DNA of 64,000 nucleotides, taken from NCBI GenBank assembly GCA_009103225.1, contig RHPI01000026.1:815103-879102 (forward strand). The letters run 5' to 3'. Made by a program: the position numbers and the translations under genes. This DNA is from Chlorokybus atmophyticus. Taxonomy: Eukaryota; Plantae; Mesostigma and Chlorokybus algae. This document shows positions 35,745 to 50,025 of the stretch, piece after piece (position 1 is the stretch's first letter; every line of letters begins with the position of its first letter). The notes under the pieces are model-generated. The model saw only the letters and a list, made by a program, of their open reading frames with translations, did not search any database and was not told where the DNA came from.

Positions 35745-36969
35745 ATGTTACGTTGCACCATTCAGCATTGCTTAGGTGAGTGGTTATGTGAGTGCAAGTT
35801 AGGTTGACTTGATGCAAACTTGCTGTTACTGATGCATGAACCATGAGGTATATGTTTGCTGACGGTTCGAGCCGCTGGCTGAGCCCTGTTGGTTTTGTTG
35901 CACAGTCGACTTAGCATGCGTGTTCGTGCACTATCTCCGCGCGCATGTGTGTGTGCATTTGCGGTTCACACGCACACGCACACCCATGTGAATGTGAATG
36001 TTTTGATATTTAGAACAAACGTTATCAGCCTATTCAAGTACACTCCAAAGATTAAATGATGCTAGCAAGCACACAATACCATAAGTGCCCAAGGCCATTC
36101 AACAACCAAAGCGGCCGCGGCGCTCGTATAGCGTTGTGACGTGTGTATGTACAGAAAATGCAAGTGATCATGATACATGCAACATGCATGACACATGCCT
36201 TGTTCACCAAGCTCATCAACATGCAATGATTATTATTTACCACCGGGGTCTACCTATACTTGCCACACGTAACTATTGTAACTACTGCCTTCAACCCCCA
36301 TCAGACATACATGCATGCATTTGTTCATTATTTGTACACAAGGCGTAAAAACACGTTAGCTAGCGGCACAGCTTCAGGCAACCTGTCCAGAGGGAGTTCT
36401 GTATGTTGTAACCATGGCTGAGGGCTCCTCAGCCCCGCCCCTCTGTGCGTTTAGGGTTGTGTAGCGATGTGTGATGTGTGCGGGTAGGCATTGTGCAGCA
36501 CTGACCGCCAACACTTGCATGTCAATATTAATAGAGGTGTGACTTGATGAGTGCATGATGGAATGGTGTTGTCATACGCGGCTGCATCTTATTATTACAT
36601 AACGTGTTGTACATACAATCACAATCGATACCCTATACCATGTGGTGTGCGCCATCGCACACCACATTGTGTGTACAACACTTTATGCACTATCACATCG
36701 AATGATCAATAACACACCATGCATCATGATGTATAACACCCCGTGCATGCAGCATACGAGCTTTGTACACCACATTGTATATGCAACACTATATTACATT
36801 TACATGCGTTGAGCCATCAGCGCTGCCACCATGCCTACACATGCAGTCACACTCCACACCAACCAGCAAAGGGTAATGTACCATGATGCCTAAACCACTG
36901 TGCTATGACAGCAAAAGTTGCTGCTATAGGGGGAGCCACATGTCTCATATATGCCCCATCCCATATATG

Positions 36970-37430
36970 TTACAAGTGCTCTACGTGTCTGCTTTGGTAG
37001 TTGGGGGTCCTTATGCTACTGGTGTCCACCCTAGCATGGCTGCCACAATCGCGGCTCCAGGCTCCATCATTGCCCTGTGCACGCTGCAAGGCGCAAGCGA
37101 CTTGCTGATGGGCGAGACGCACGTACCCCTTCATGCGTCGCTGTTTCGCCCACTGCACCATCATATGTGACGCGTGCATAGACGTAAGATATAATGGCAA
37201 GTCCTCCCCCAACGTGTTGTGCGATTCCATCGCCAACAGATAGGCTGTGTGCTCAAGCGGGTGGTCGCCGTACTTGCAACGCTTGGCTGCCTCCGCCACA
37301 CGCACCGCCATGCCTGCTCGCTCTCTGCATGCCATAATGAGATCGTCCGCAGCAACATCTTCGAGTTGTGGCCAGACTCCGATGCCACGAGGTCCAGATG
37401 CATGCGCAATGTGACACCCTGGCTAGCTCA
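36970..37430 (-). other. Possible isolated coding exon or gene remnant, weakly SAM-domain-like
   Basis: Open frame ...WPQLEDVAADDLIMACRERAGMAVRVAEAAKR...PLEHTAYLLAMESHNTLGEDLPLYLTSMH...; no confident gene model around it. Confidence 0.25.
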
Positions 37431-37545
37431 CTGTTTCATACAACAACACCATCGCAATACGCAGTACAAGCAAGGCACAGACCTTCGGGGCATGTGCCTT
37501 GAGTCCAAGGCTTGCCTCGGTATTGCTTAATTGTATACTTACTCA

Positions 37546-37675
<130 letters not shown>

Positions 37676-37899
37676 NACTGCTACTAGCAGAGCCTTTGCA
37701 CCGGGTGGTTGGGAGAGAGGAGTCGTTGAGGTTCATGTTAATGTTGCCATGCTTGCCAACAATGGCTAACAGCAGCCCCCGAAGGCAGGTGGTTACATAT
37801 GCATATGCATGCTTGCATGGTTAACCGTGTGCTAGCTAGCCGCTAGCACGTTACACTACCGGGTACTACCCTGTGCTAGCTACACGGTGTAGCTACTAG

Positions 37900-37970
37900 C
37901 ATAGGGCCAATCAACTACCTGACCGTATGTGCTAGTAGCACATACGGTCAGGTAGTTGATTGGCCCTATG
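37900..37970. repeat. Perfect 35-bp inverted repeat with a 1-nt spacer
   Basis: CATAGGGCCAATCAACTACCTGACCGTATGTGCTA-G-TAGCACATACGGTCAGGTAGTTGATTGGCCCTATG. Confidence 0.97.
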
Positions 37971-39106
37971 GTTAAGCATGTAATGGTGTCGATGGTGTGA
38001 CATATGATAATGTGCATGCTACTTGCTATGAATGTCATCATGGGCAAGTCTGTTTTGCACTAATTGTACAAACAATGCTTCATGATGTGACCAGTATGTG
38101 GATTGTTCCTTAGCTTGAACAACATCGTTGTAAAATTGTCACTAACTTGTCAACCACTAAGCTAGTCATCCTTCACAGCTAACATATTGTCATCAACATG
38201 GCAACGCCCACGCCCATTTGAAGTTAATCGGACCAGCTTGTTTTTTCTAAATATCCTCACATCAGCGCACATACATTATCACTCAATGGTTGATGTGAAT
38301 GATTACATGATGTTTGCCATTGATATGAAAGATTGACCACTATGATGTGACGCGCTAAACACACCCATGTACATTTGCACATATATGTAGTTTATTCTAC
38401 ATCCAACTATCGCGTGGTGCACTCGGTGTATTAGTGAAGCAGTAGGTAGTTTTAATTATGCAGTAAAACGCATGCATGTGCTTTGATAAGTTTAGATAGG
38501 GCCTTTGCAGTTTGATTTGTTTATACGTCATTCATACCGCATGCGTTGTGGCAATGTCGCAGTCGTTTAATGATATAACAATCCTCGATGAAACCTGGTT
38601 GTCGTGCAACTTACTCTTGGTATTTAATTGGTGTGCACACGATACCAGAGTTGGGAAGAAGAGGTCACAAAATTGTAGCTTTGCGCGCATGTAATTGCGA
38701 GCTTACCATCGCATTGCACGGGCATGAGCAACAACAATAAGCTCCATTTCGTTCGTTTGTTTGCATATAGCACACTTATTAGCACGAAATAAATACAACG
38801 CAGCCGGAAATCATTCTATGACGTCTACACCAACCATGCTCAAAACATACGAAGCTATTCAACTACTGCTTATCATACTCTATGTCCGCACACAGCACGC
38901 AATCACTACTTTGCACACTACTAACAACACCTCATCTGCAGTCAACACTACACTACGCTACTACTCAGCTACTAAACGGATATATACTACACACTACTAC
39001 TCTGTACACTACACACATATAACACAACAGTGGCCACATACGTGACTATCCACCTGAGGCTGACAGCATCAGCTCCCCAATGTGCGAGCATTTGGATGCT
39101 GTTACC

Positions 39107-42100
39107 TCACACGCACGCTGTCAAGAAGCGGGAGTACTCTGCGCGCACGTCATCTCCACTGATCCACTGACTCAAATCCCCGCAAAACTTGCGATAGTCA
39201 AAGCGGGTGTCATCGCCGGGAGTCCCGTCCCCGCTGATGCTTGTCAAGCGCTCGCTCTGGTCCACCGGCTGCCCTCGCTCATGGTTCACGAAGGACAGGT
39301 CTGCCGCAGCAGCCGCGTGGTTCGTATACCACTGGAATGTTTCGTTGCTTGTATCCAAGCCCACATTGTCACGGAACCACGCGTCCTCCTGGGACTGGTG
39401 CGCGTACCTGGGAGTAAAAAACACTTGTCAGCATGCACTGAGAACTTGTGCCATTGATGTGAGACACACGAGAAGAAACTTGTTGACTTGTCTACCCATG
39501 CATGTGTGCCTTCATATGCGCATTGCATGCTTGGCTATGTGTCGTGTCAAGAGCTTCCCAGCCCAGTGTTGTTTTCAGGAGTGTCTGTGCAACAACATGC
39601 ATGCAAGTTATGTACCGGTCGTACTCGTCTTCTGGGATGTGGATATGCAAGGAGGCCTCTGCTGGCTCCAATGGAGCAAACAGCTGACCGCTGCGGACGC
39701 TGAGGTCTACCATGGGAGTCCCCGGGGGCTCATCGGTGCTCACGCGTGGGGTCTTATCGTAGAAATCCTCCTGCGTTCAAGCCAGCTGTTCAGAGTCCTT
39801 GCAGACACACCCTGAGTTTTCAACCAAGCGTGCATGTACAGGAATAGATGGACCCACCTTGTGCTCGTGCAGGGTCCAGTAGGACGATCGTCTCACGAAA
39901 CTGTGAGCCGCGTGGCTGGTTTTCCTGCTGCACGGCACGCACAACATTTGTTCAAGCGCTGGGTGCCAGGCGGCTAGTGGGGCAGGTCAGCAAGCTTAAG
40001 CTATGGGCGTAGGCGCTCATGCGCAAGAAAATGTGAAGGAGCGCCTGAATGCTGCTTGTCACACAACACAAGTATTGGAGATGTGGGCAAAAAGCAAGTT
40101 TGCTACACGCAAGTTACACACCAACACAAGCAACGCGTGTCCAAGAGCGCACAGGATTCTTACATCAGATTTGCTGCTGCCACATTGGTTGGACCTGGAT
40201 CAAGGGACACAGGGTACATGCGCATGGCTACGGGATTGGTCTGGAGGGCGGCAAGCTTGTCGAAAGAGGTCAGCTTGCCCGGTTTGTACACGTCCCCAAA
40301 CACGACCGCCTTCGCCTGGGCATGGGCGACCTCTGCTGGAGAGCCCAGCTCTTCTGCAATGATTGCGGCCTCCTCGCTGCAACCAAATTACGGTTGGGAG
40401 AGAAGTTCAGCATGAGGCAGTGTAAGATAGGAAATACTTTTGATACATGGCAGGCGGGGGGCTCACCCTGATTGGCTGTCAAAGCTGGCTGCTGGGCTCA
40501 AGAGTGGCGGGCTTCCAGACCAGTTGGGAAAGCTCCGCACGTGCAGGTAGTAGTCGGAGTCCAGCTCCCAAAGAAAGGGCTTGCCGTGCTCGGGAATGAA
40601 GTTGCCAAGAAAGCTGCCAGAAGGATAAGAGCAAACAGATGTCAGGGGGTCTACTCTTGCACATGAGTGCATACATGTGTGTGCACGGGGGGGNNNNNNN
40701 NNNNNNNNNNNNNNNNNNNNNNNNNNNNNNNNNNNNNNNNNNNNNNNNNNNNNNNNNNNNNNNNNNNNNNNNNNNNNNNNNNNNNNNNNNNNNNNNNNNN
40801 NNNNNNNNNNNNNNNNNNNNNNNNNNNNNNNNNNNNNNNNNNNNNNNNNNNNNNNNNNNNNNNNNNNNNNNNNNNNNNNNNNNNNNNNNNNNNNNNNNNN
40901 NNNNNNNNNNNNNNNNNNNNNNNNNNNNNNNNNNNNNNNNNNNNNNNNNNNNNNNNNNNNNNNNNNNNNNNNNNNNNNNNNNNNNNNNNNNNNNNNNNNN
41001 NNNNNNNNNNNNNNNNNNNNNNNNNNNNNNNNNNNNNNNNNNNNNNNNNNNNNNNNNNNNNNNNNNNNNNNNNNNNNNNNNNNNNNNNNNNNNNNNNNNN
41101 NNNNNNGGGCGTGCATGTGCATACATTAAATACATGCCTGCTGGGATGAAAGCAACAGAAACCCATAGCACTCACAGGTTGATGGCGTCTTGCTTCTCAG
41201 CATCCGTGTACGTGTTGCTGTAGTACCGCCGTATGGACGTGACGAGGTCTTTGGACCTCATGGAGGCCGTCCAGTCACCTCGGTGTTCACCAAAGATGGT
41301 GTTGTGGGCGAGAGACCCGCCATACTGCTGGGACAGAACATCCCCCATCTCCTGATACATGTCCATCAGGGCAGCAACAATGATGGCCTCCGCCTCCAGT
41401 TCAGGCGTCTCAATCAGGCCGAGCGCACAGAGCTGGTAGCCCAGAGCGCACACACCAAAAGCAAACTGTGCCACATTGGTGCGGTCCAAGCAGTCGATGC
41501 AATTCGAGCGAAGCACCCCACTCTGGTACTGAGGCATCCCGCTGCGCAGGCTCTGGACCTTCTGCTCAAGCTGATTGGGCTCGGGTGAGATGGGTGTTGT
41601 CGTGCGCAGCGATGCCAGCGATGATATCCAGTTGCTCAGGCCAGGAGTGCTAGTGCTCGGCAGGCTCTTGGACAGAGTGCTGACTCTGTGCACAAAGCAT
41701 CAAGCGGTTAGTAATGATGGGACAGGCAAAGAGCAGGACGATGTGATTGTGTGTTGCTTGTGTGTACTCACCCAGAGCTTGCTGCTAGCGGCTTTTGCTT
41801 GTCCGGTCGCCCGCTGTAAAAGAAGTTAACGGAGTTGAAGGCCTCTTTCACAACAGCAGCGAGCGCGTTCAGCACGGCCGCGTTCTTGCCCTTGCTGTGC
41901 TTGTGAAAGTCGAAATGGATGTACTTAATTTGCTTCTCCTCCGGCAGCACTTGGTTGATGTAACTAACGGCATTGGCAAACTCGCGCCTCAAAACCATCT
42001 CCCTTGGGTGCTTCTCCACAGTCTGCGAGTCGAGATGTCAGATCATGTCAAAAAGCTTGAATGTATGCTCACAAGAACCTTATGAAGGCATTGCAGGTAC

Positions 42101-43608
42101 CTTAATCAAGTTAAGGATGACAATGGGGTTGCCATAGCGTCGCGACAAGTCTTGGAAATGCAGCTGAGAGGCTTCGTACATCGGGTCGTAGCGCTGCAGG
42201 ATAATGTCTGGCTTGGGGCTGAGCTTGCTGGTCTCCTGAGACCAGAACAGAGGGATGGAGCCTCTATTCTGAACAACTGAGGAGCAGTGGCAGTGCCCTC
42301 CCCTGTAAGAAGCAACCTCATCAATAATCTGCTCCGTCTCCACGTCGTTGGCAACACGCCCTTGATCGTTGATTCCCCGCTTAAGGTAGCGCGTGCCAGC
42401 GAAGTGGCGAGACCGGCGCGAGATGAGAGTCAGGTTGATCACGCGGCCGAAGACGGACAGCCTCGTTTGCTGAAAGTAGCCATGGACAAGTGGGACTGTC
42501 CACCGCGTGTTCTTGACCTCGCCCCGGAACTGCCGAGTCAGAAAGGCGTTCCACACGAACATGTTCTCATACAGATCACCCGGCACGCCCACGGAGTTGG
42601 ACTGAACTGTACGCATGATGGGGTACGTGTAGCTGTAGAAGAAGTTCTTTGTCAAGTCCACTCCCATCAACAGCTTCTTGTACCTGTTCACACAGCGTGA
42701 GTAACTTTGATTACAACTACACATGTTGTTGAATAGTCGCCTTGAAGTACGTACCGTTTTTCAGCTTTGGAGATCTCAAGCTGGTATGATGGGTGCGGGA
42801 CAACAAACAATCGGGTGGCGTCAATGCCATAGATGGAATGGCCGCAAACGGTGCCTAATACTCGACGCTTAGTAATAACTATCATGTAGTACGACTCCAG
42901 AAAGCGCACAAACCCTGCATTGTGGCACAACAGGTCATGTCCAGCGCACATTCTACAAGAAGTGACACGAACAGTTGCGATAGAAGAGCTGCTCATACCA
43001 ACAATGCCGTAGCACTTGGCGACAAACTTCAGGCCGCCTGTGGCGCGGTTGCCCTCTGCGAGACGGCTGAGGACAGAGTTGACCTCCACCTGCGTGTACA
43101 TGGTGGGGTCCTCGCTGATATCGAGCTCCGTGGGCGATGTCCTGTCTATCTTCAGGATGCGCCATTGCGTCGCACAGCGACTTACGCCCACAAGGTAGTA
43201 GCGCTGCACACGAGGAGGGCATTGTTGTGAGACGCGCACAGCATCATGCTTCTCATCATTCGTTTGCTTGAGCCGCATTGCCTTGCTCAGCATATACTTG
43301 TTGTGTACATAAACACAGCAACAGCAGAAAGACGTAGCTAACGCTTGTCGTGACAGCTGTCACAAAAGTTAAAGTAATCTTGCGGGTTGAGCCTGCTTTG
43401 CACTGCAACCTATGCGCAAGCCATAACAACGTGCAGGGGCAGCATGACCCCCACAAGCGACGCTGTGGTGCTGCTACAATGTGACATGGACATTGCCGAC
43501 CATGTGCCTGATTGAGTCACTGTCCCAATTGCGTACCGTTTTAGTTTCATAGAGCATAAACTTGTGTAGCGAAGCCGGCTGCTGCCCGATAGGCAGCACT
43601 CCAACCAT
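39107..43608 (-). CDS. FIG4: SAC-domain phosphoinositide phosphatase, FIG4/plant SAC1-5 type
   Basis: KFMLYETKT-RYYLVG...RILKIDR; YKKLLMGVDLTKNFFYSYTY; SRRSRHFAGTRYLKRGINDQGRVANDVETEQI; RGSIPLFWSQ; catalytic VLRSNCIDCLDRTNVAQF. Exact start and last exon are moderately uncertain; N-gap at 40694-41106. Confidence 0.93.
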
Positions 43609-45449
43609 GCGGGCTGCTTCTGCTGCTGAGGCGGCAGTCCCGCCCCCCGCAGCTTCACTTAGTACTGCCCAATTGCGCCCCACAACCACACTGATCCTGC
43701 CTCAACCACGACAAGAACAACAGCTTCCAGCCGCCTCCATGCTCGCCAGCCAGCTGTCCTCTCAGCAGTGGGAAAACCCCCAAAAGCCACGCTCACAGGC
43801 AAGCAGCATGGCAAGCCCTCAGGCGAGCTGCTAGACTCAACCAATCCGCTAGTGCCTGCTAATCTACCCCTGACCCAATCAGCAACTTGGCGTGTCACAG
43901 ATCCTCCCGCAGCTGAACCCCTAGGACGACGCGAACCACGCCGCCACCGACCACGCCTACGTCACCAGCGCGGCCGCCGCCACCAGCATGCAGCACAGCT
44001 CTCTCTCCTCTTACGCATAGCACAGCTGAAAGCCACTAAGCACTAAGCAAGCCGCTGGCTGGTGCCGCTTCGTAAATTAATTCCGAGTAACCGCTGAAAT
44101 GCAAACCGCGAATTTCGGTTGGTCGGTGCAAGCGAAAATGTTTTCAGATAATTCACGCCTTGCTCGACCGAGCGAGGAAGGCAGGATCCTCTACAACCCT
44201 GTTTTTCGCGTGCAGCCGTGCCATACGTCCGGTCTATGGAATGTTTTTGTAGTTTTTGTCCATTTCGGGTGGACGCGGCGAGAGTCCTATTTCCGACCCC
44301 CACTGCATGCACGAAGCTTGCGTGTCCTGTTCGCGCTCCACGCCAACCGACCGCGTCTGGCAACCGACCGGGAAAACCGCGTGAAACGCCTTCGGTCGCG
44401 CAGCCGCTATTCGCGCTGGTACCGGCCACAGGTCCGAACGCAGCAGGCCGCCACCATTGCATGCGAGCCCGGTTTGGGACTCGAGGCAAGCAGCGCGATT
44501 CATGAGATGCGCCTTTGTGGGCATTCTGAACCCGACAGGGGGCCAACAGGTAGTCTTCGTTACAAATAAGGCAAGAAATTCTCGATGAGACATTTGTACC
44601 CTATGTGCTGCTTCACTGGTCCCAAAGCCGCCTCGGAGAGTCCGCCGCTGAGACATCGGATGCCTGACAGGCTGAAATGGTCATTTGGTGGTCACGGCAA
44701 CAATGATTGGAATAACAAGTGACCGTACACTCCGCTCTAGCACGCGCAGGCTGGCAGTCACTCACAGTGATTGCACTGTCGCATCAATTTGCACTAGGCA
44801 CAATGTTGCTTTGGGTTTGGGGTTTCCGTCATGTAATTGATGCTGTGTTCATGTTGCTTGGGGCCTCCCTCTCCTCCATCATGCAGTGTCTTAACGCGAA
44901 GCCTGGTCATGCTGCATGACTCATCAACTCATGCACCCCTATTGAGCTGATTAGCAATGCCTTCCTCCGCAAACTTTAATTAAAATGGGCCTGTCGGTAT
45001 GCACCACCGTCGTGGTCCACCATTATTGGCAAAATTACGTTGCTAAACAATTGTGGCTGCTGTTATGCGCCGCGTTGAATCACCGCGTTCCATCATTACG
45101 CGCCGTACACTACACAGCGCCCGGCCTCGTACCCGGCGACCATTATTGCGGATGAGGCGAGAGCGTGCTGAGCGTACACAAGGTACCAGACAAGAGCTAG
45201 GTAGGGCCTACGCTACCCGTACGCTCGTGTCTTACTAGGCCGTGCACGCCGCACGGATGACGAGACATGAGCGTACGAAAGCGCGCGCGCGCAATGACGA
45301 AAGGGATTGCTGCACAGATCCTCGATGTCAGCATTGTGTGTTGTTCATAAAGTGTTTGCCCTATTATCGCTGCGTCACGTGACGGGCCAAGCCCCTCCTC
45401 CTCCCCCTCCTCCTCGCCCGAGGCTATTTTGGGGCTTAAGTGCTGTGTG

Positions 45450-45481
<32 letters not shown>

Positions 45482-45572
45482 AAGAGGAGGAGGAAGAGGA
45501 GGAGGAGAGTGCTGCTGTTTAGTTAATCGAAGGGCGGGTTGTATGTGTAAGGATTCAAGCAGGGTTGCTGGC

Positions 45573-48500
45573 ATGGGTCAGGAGGACTACTATTCGGTTC
45601 TGGGGTTGCAGAGGAAGGCCACTACCGAGCAAATACATGAAGCGTAAGTACGGAAGCAACAGAAGTATGGATGATGAACACTATGCAGTCTCTTTCTTTC
45701 TCTCTGTCTTCCTCTCCCTCGCCCGCGCGCGCCAACCCTCATTTGTGTGTCTGCAAGAGTGCGCGCGCATATCTGTGCATGTATATGCGCTTGTATATGT
45801 GTCTCTCTATGTATGAGTAACTCCAACGGACTTTTGCAGACGTAAGAATGCACACGATTACACGCACACGCGCACGCGCGTACGAGTGTGCCCAAGGGTA
45901 CATCCGCTCGCACACGTCCATCGCTCACCCGTGTACACACACACACACACACACACACATACACACACACACACACACTTACCCCTTCCAGTTACCGCTG
46001 GCTTGCCCTGAAGCACCATCCTGACCGCCAGCCCCCCGCGCGTCCCAACGACAACGATGACAGCAGCACCGGGCAGGACCGCTTCGAGGCGATCTCCACT
46101 GCGTACCAAGTGCTGTGCCAGGGTGAGGGATGGGGATTGGAGCTGGGTGGGGTTGCTTGCTTGTGTTTTGGTTGTGAGGTCGAGGGTGATTGGGTGCTGA
46201 TCGTCTCTGATCTCTCTCAGCGGAGGCAAAGGCTGCGTATGATAGCGGGGGTGAGAGGGAATTGCGCGAGTGGGCAGGTACGCACATGACGACCATGATG
46301 CACTGATGAATGAGTTACCGATATTGTGTACGTGTGCACATGTGCGCACGATTACGCGATTGCACATGCGAGTGCATGTACAATTTGCATACTTGCACAA
46401 CTCGCATGTGAATGTACGCACAGCACACACACGCATGCATGCACACACGCGCGTGCTCACGGTCACCAACACGCACACGCACATCTGGCAAGTGGTTGCC
46501 ATTGATTGATGAGTACTTCTGTGAACAGAAGGCGGGGAAGGGGCCGAGCAGAGGCTGTCGTTAACTCCGCAGCAGGTTTTTGACAAGTTTTTCGGCACCA
46601 GCAACCCATTCCAGGCGTTGGCAGGTGACACAACACACGTACATGCACACGCACACGCACATGCACATGCACGATGATACAACTGTAGTGTGCAAGTTTT
46701 TCATGACACGACAACAATCATGTGGTATGCAGACTACAGTGGCAAGTTCCAGGATATGGCAGCCCCGCCCGCTCTGGCGCCGGGCAAAGAAAAGACGGTG
46801 AGGATTTGTTGCTGACGTGGACACATGGTGAATCACTGGTCTGGTCTGCATGTTGGTTTGAAGACATGCTGTATGTCTAATGATGCATTGCAGTTTGATC
46901 TGCCCTGCACCCTGAAGGAGCTGTACTTTGGCTGCACGAAGCGGGTTCTCAACAAGCGCACAGTAAGAGACATGATATCAACAACATGTTGTTGACACAA
47001 CGACAATCACATTAACAACAATGTGATTATGCTTACGTGCAAGGCATTCATCACCAGAATATCAATTTTCTCCTCAACGCAACTGCATGTGTCTGAGTTA
47101 GCATTGGATGATGTGTGTGAAAGGTGGAGAGCGCGGATGGGCAGATAGAAGAACGAGCAAGCATCCTTCTCATACAGGCATGTTCACGACTCCTCAGCAC
47201 TTGTGCATGTGCATATGCGTGTATGCGTGTGCGTGTATGTCATATCGTTGTGTCTGCCAGGTGCCGCGAGGGGCCCGCGCGGGGACGCGTTTCGTATTCC
47301 GCAACGAGGGTGACCAGCCACGCAACTGTTTGCCAGGCACGCTTACCGACGCGGGCACACATCAAGCAACGTGATCGCATGGTTACCACCTAATCAGCTT
47401 CGTGCCGAGTGTGCTGTGTGTGAGACACAATGCATATAACCTAAACCTCACACAACTGCACAATGGTATACAAGCACACGCACAGATATACATACATGCA
47501 CGCACCCACGCATGGAAGCCTTCCCCCCCGCATGCACATACACAATCACCTGAAACTTCAATGTCCAACACCAGGTGCTGCTGTGTACGTCGTGTCTGAG
47601 TTGGATCACCCGCGCTTCCGTCGTCGCGGGGACGACCTCGAGTACACCGCCCGCGTGGGACTCGTGCATGCACTCTGCGCCACCGCCGTCGTGGACGTGG
47701 TACGCCTATTTACCAGCGTGCGCGTGTACGTGTGAATGTGTGATCTTGTGTGTGCTTGAGTGAGGGTGGNNNNNNNNNNNNNNNNNNNNNNNNNNNNNNN
47801 NNNNNNNNNNNNNNNNNNNNNNNNNNNNNNNNNNNNNNNNNNNNNNNNNNNNNNNNNNNNNNNNNNNNNNNNNNNNNNNNNNNNNNNNNNNNNNNNNNNN
47901 NNNNNNNNNNNNNNNNNNNNNNNNNNNNNNNNNNNNNNNNNNNNNNNNNNNNNNNNNNNNNNNNNNNNNNNNNNNNNNNNNNNNNNNNNNNNNNNNNNNN
48001 NNNNNNNNNNNNNNNNNNNNNNNNNNNNNNNNNNNNNNNNNNNNNNNNNNNNNNNNNNNNNNNNNNNNNNNNNNNNNNNNNNNNNNNNNNNNNNNNNNNN
48101 NNNNNNNNNNNNNNNNNNNNNNNNNNNNNNNNNNNNNNNNNNNNNNNNNNNNNNNNNNNNNNNNNNNNNNNNNNNNNNNNNNNNNNNNNNNNNNNNNNNN
48201 NNNNNNNNNNNNNNNNNNNNNNNNNNNNNNNNNNNNNNNNNNNNNNNNNNNNNNNNNNNNNNNNNNNNNNNNNNNNNNNNNNNNNNNNNNNNNNNNNNNN
48301 NNNNNNNNNNNNNNNNNNNNNNNNNNNNNNNNNNNNNNNNNNNNNNNNNNNNNNNNNNNNNNNNNNNNNNNNNNNNNNNNNNNNNNNNNNNNNNNNNNNN
48401 NNNNNNNNNNNNNNNNNNNNNNNNNNNNNNNNNNNNNNNNNNNNNNNNNNNNNNNNNNNNNNNNNNNNNNNNNNNNNNNNNNNNNNNNNNNNNNNNNNNN

Positions 48501-48982
48501 NNNNNNNNNNNNNNNNNNNNNNNNNNNNNNNNNNNNNNNNNNNNNNNNNNNNNNNNNNNNNNNNNNNNNNNNNNNNNNNNNNNNNNNNNNNNNNNNNNNN
48601 NNNNNNNNNNNNNNNNNNNNNNNNNNNNNNNNNNNNNNNNNNNNNNNNNNNNNNNNNNNNNNNNNNNNNNCCCCCCCCCCCCCCTCCCCACCCACCATCA
48701 TCACACCACCCCTCATCCCCGCGCAGCCCCGGCTTCACCAAGCTCATCCCCAACGAAGGCATGCCCATCCCACTCACCGATAGCAACACCACACCTCAAT
48801 CTGGCTCTCTCCTCATCGTGTTCCACATAATCTTCCCCCCCCGTCCCCCTCCCTCCTCCCTCCACCATCGCGCCCTCGCGGCCGCATTGGCCCTCCCGCC
48901 CCGCCCCGCGCCGGCGCAAGAGAAGGCGGCGGGGGAGTGGGTGAGGGCGTACGAGGCGGAGAACGGGGGGTGGAAGGGGTGA
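45573..48982 (+). CDS. Type II Hsp40/DnaJ protein, DNAJB13/radial-spoke RSP16-like
   Basis: DYYSVLGL..YRWLALKHHPD (HPD motif); QVFDKFFGTSNPFQAL; TLKELYFGCTK; GTRFVFRNEG; HPRFRRRGDDL; EGMP. No Cys zinc finger. The FFGTxNP.AL segment matches my recollection of RSP16. N-gap at 47770-48670. Confidence 0.8.
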
Positions 48983-50025
48983 GGAGCTGTTGTGTTTGTG
49001 CGCATGTACACATCTCAATTTACAACAAGAGGCACGGGCACAGATGCTGGGATAACTTGCGCGCGCGGGTGTGTACAGGGTGCTGTATCGAACATGCTCA
49101 GGGCATGTGTATAACATACGTGATGCACGAAGTTATGACATGCATGGGTCGTGACACATGCAACGCAAGCATCTCACCACACCACCAAGCACTTACACTC
49201 ACCACCGGGATGTCATACCTACTCGCTACCTACCTTCACTACTAGCAATACCCGTTGGACATACAGGCATGCATGCACGCACGTGTAACATACCTGCAGG
49301 CAACGGCGTGGCTAACGTCTCAAACTCAGCAGTTAGCGGGTGCAATCAAAGGCAGGAGGGGCAGCAGCCACAGTGTGTTCGTCTGTGCGTGTGCGTGTGC
49401 ACATGCATTGATGTGCGTGGGCAGAGCGTATGAAGGGGGCAAATTTGAAAGGGGGTATGCTACTATGCCGGCATGCACTGTGTGCTGAGCAAACCAAGTG
49501 ACATTCACCACACCCACGCTCATGACTCATCACATACAACTCACCACCGGGCCAGTACTTAGCACTGTCTCTACTACACTACTTATGCCTGCCCCTGTGG
49601 TGGGCTGTATGTAGATGTAATCTGATTCGGACAGATATAATCAGCAATGCCGCAACGACTGACACACTTGCACGGAGAGACCGACACGTGCAAATGTTAT
49701 AGGTGATGTGCCTCATGCTGCATAGCAAATGTTCCTGCCAGACTGTGCGCACACACCAATGATAACATGTCATTGATGATTCTTGATAAGCTCAGAGTCT
49801 GAGCAACAATGGAGACTCAAATGGGCACGTTGATTATGTCAATGGTTGACTGCCTCCTCTCACTTCCATGAACATAGCTTGCTGGAGGCAAGAACAAGTA
49901 CTTATCCCAAGTGCCACCAACATCATACGCGCAAACCACACCAGCCAAGCCGCACACATCGCCAACATCAAACAGACGTGACCGTTGCATGTATATCACA
50001 ACCCAAACCGCTATCCCAAAATCGA

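Noticed and set aside
35860-35885. GGTTCGAGCC resembling a tRNA T-loop/B-box
   Set aside because: No cloverleaf, A-box or acceptor stem in the flanks.
47606-48982. Long ORF-track entries of 336-410 aa
   Set aside because: Artefacts of reading through the 900-nt N-gap; only the DnaJ exons are real.
49776-49804. TGATGA...CTGA, a possible C/D-box snoRNA; also a 7-bp hairpin
   Set aside because: The boxes are only about 20 nt apart, too short for a snoRNA, and a 7-bp stem is near chance level.
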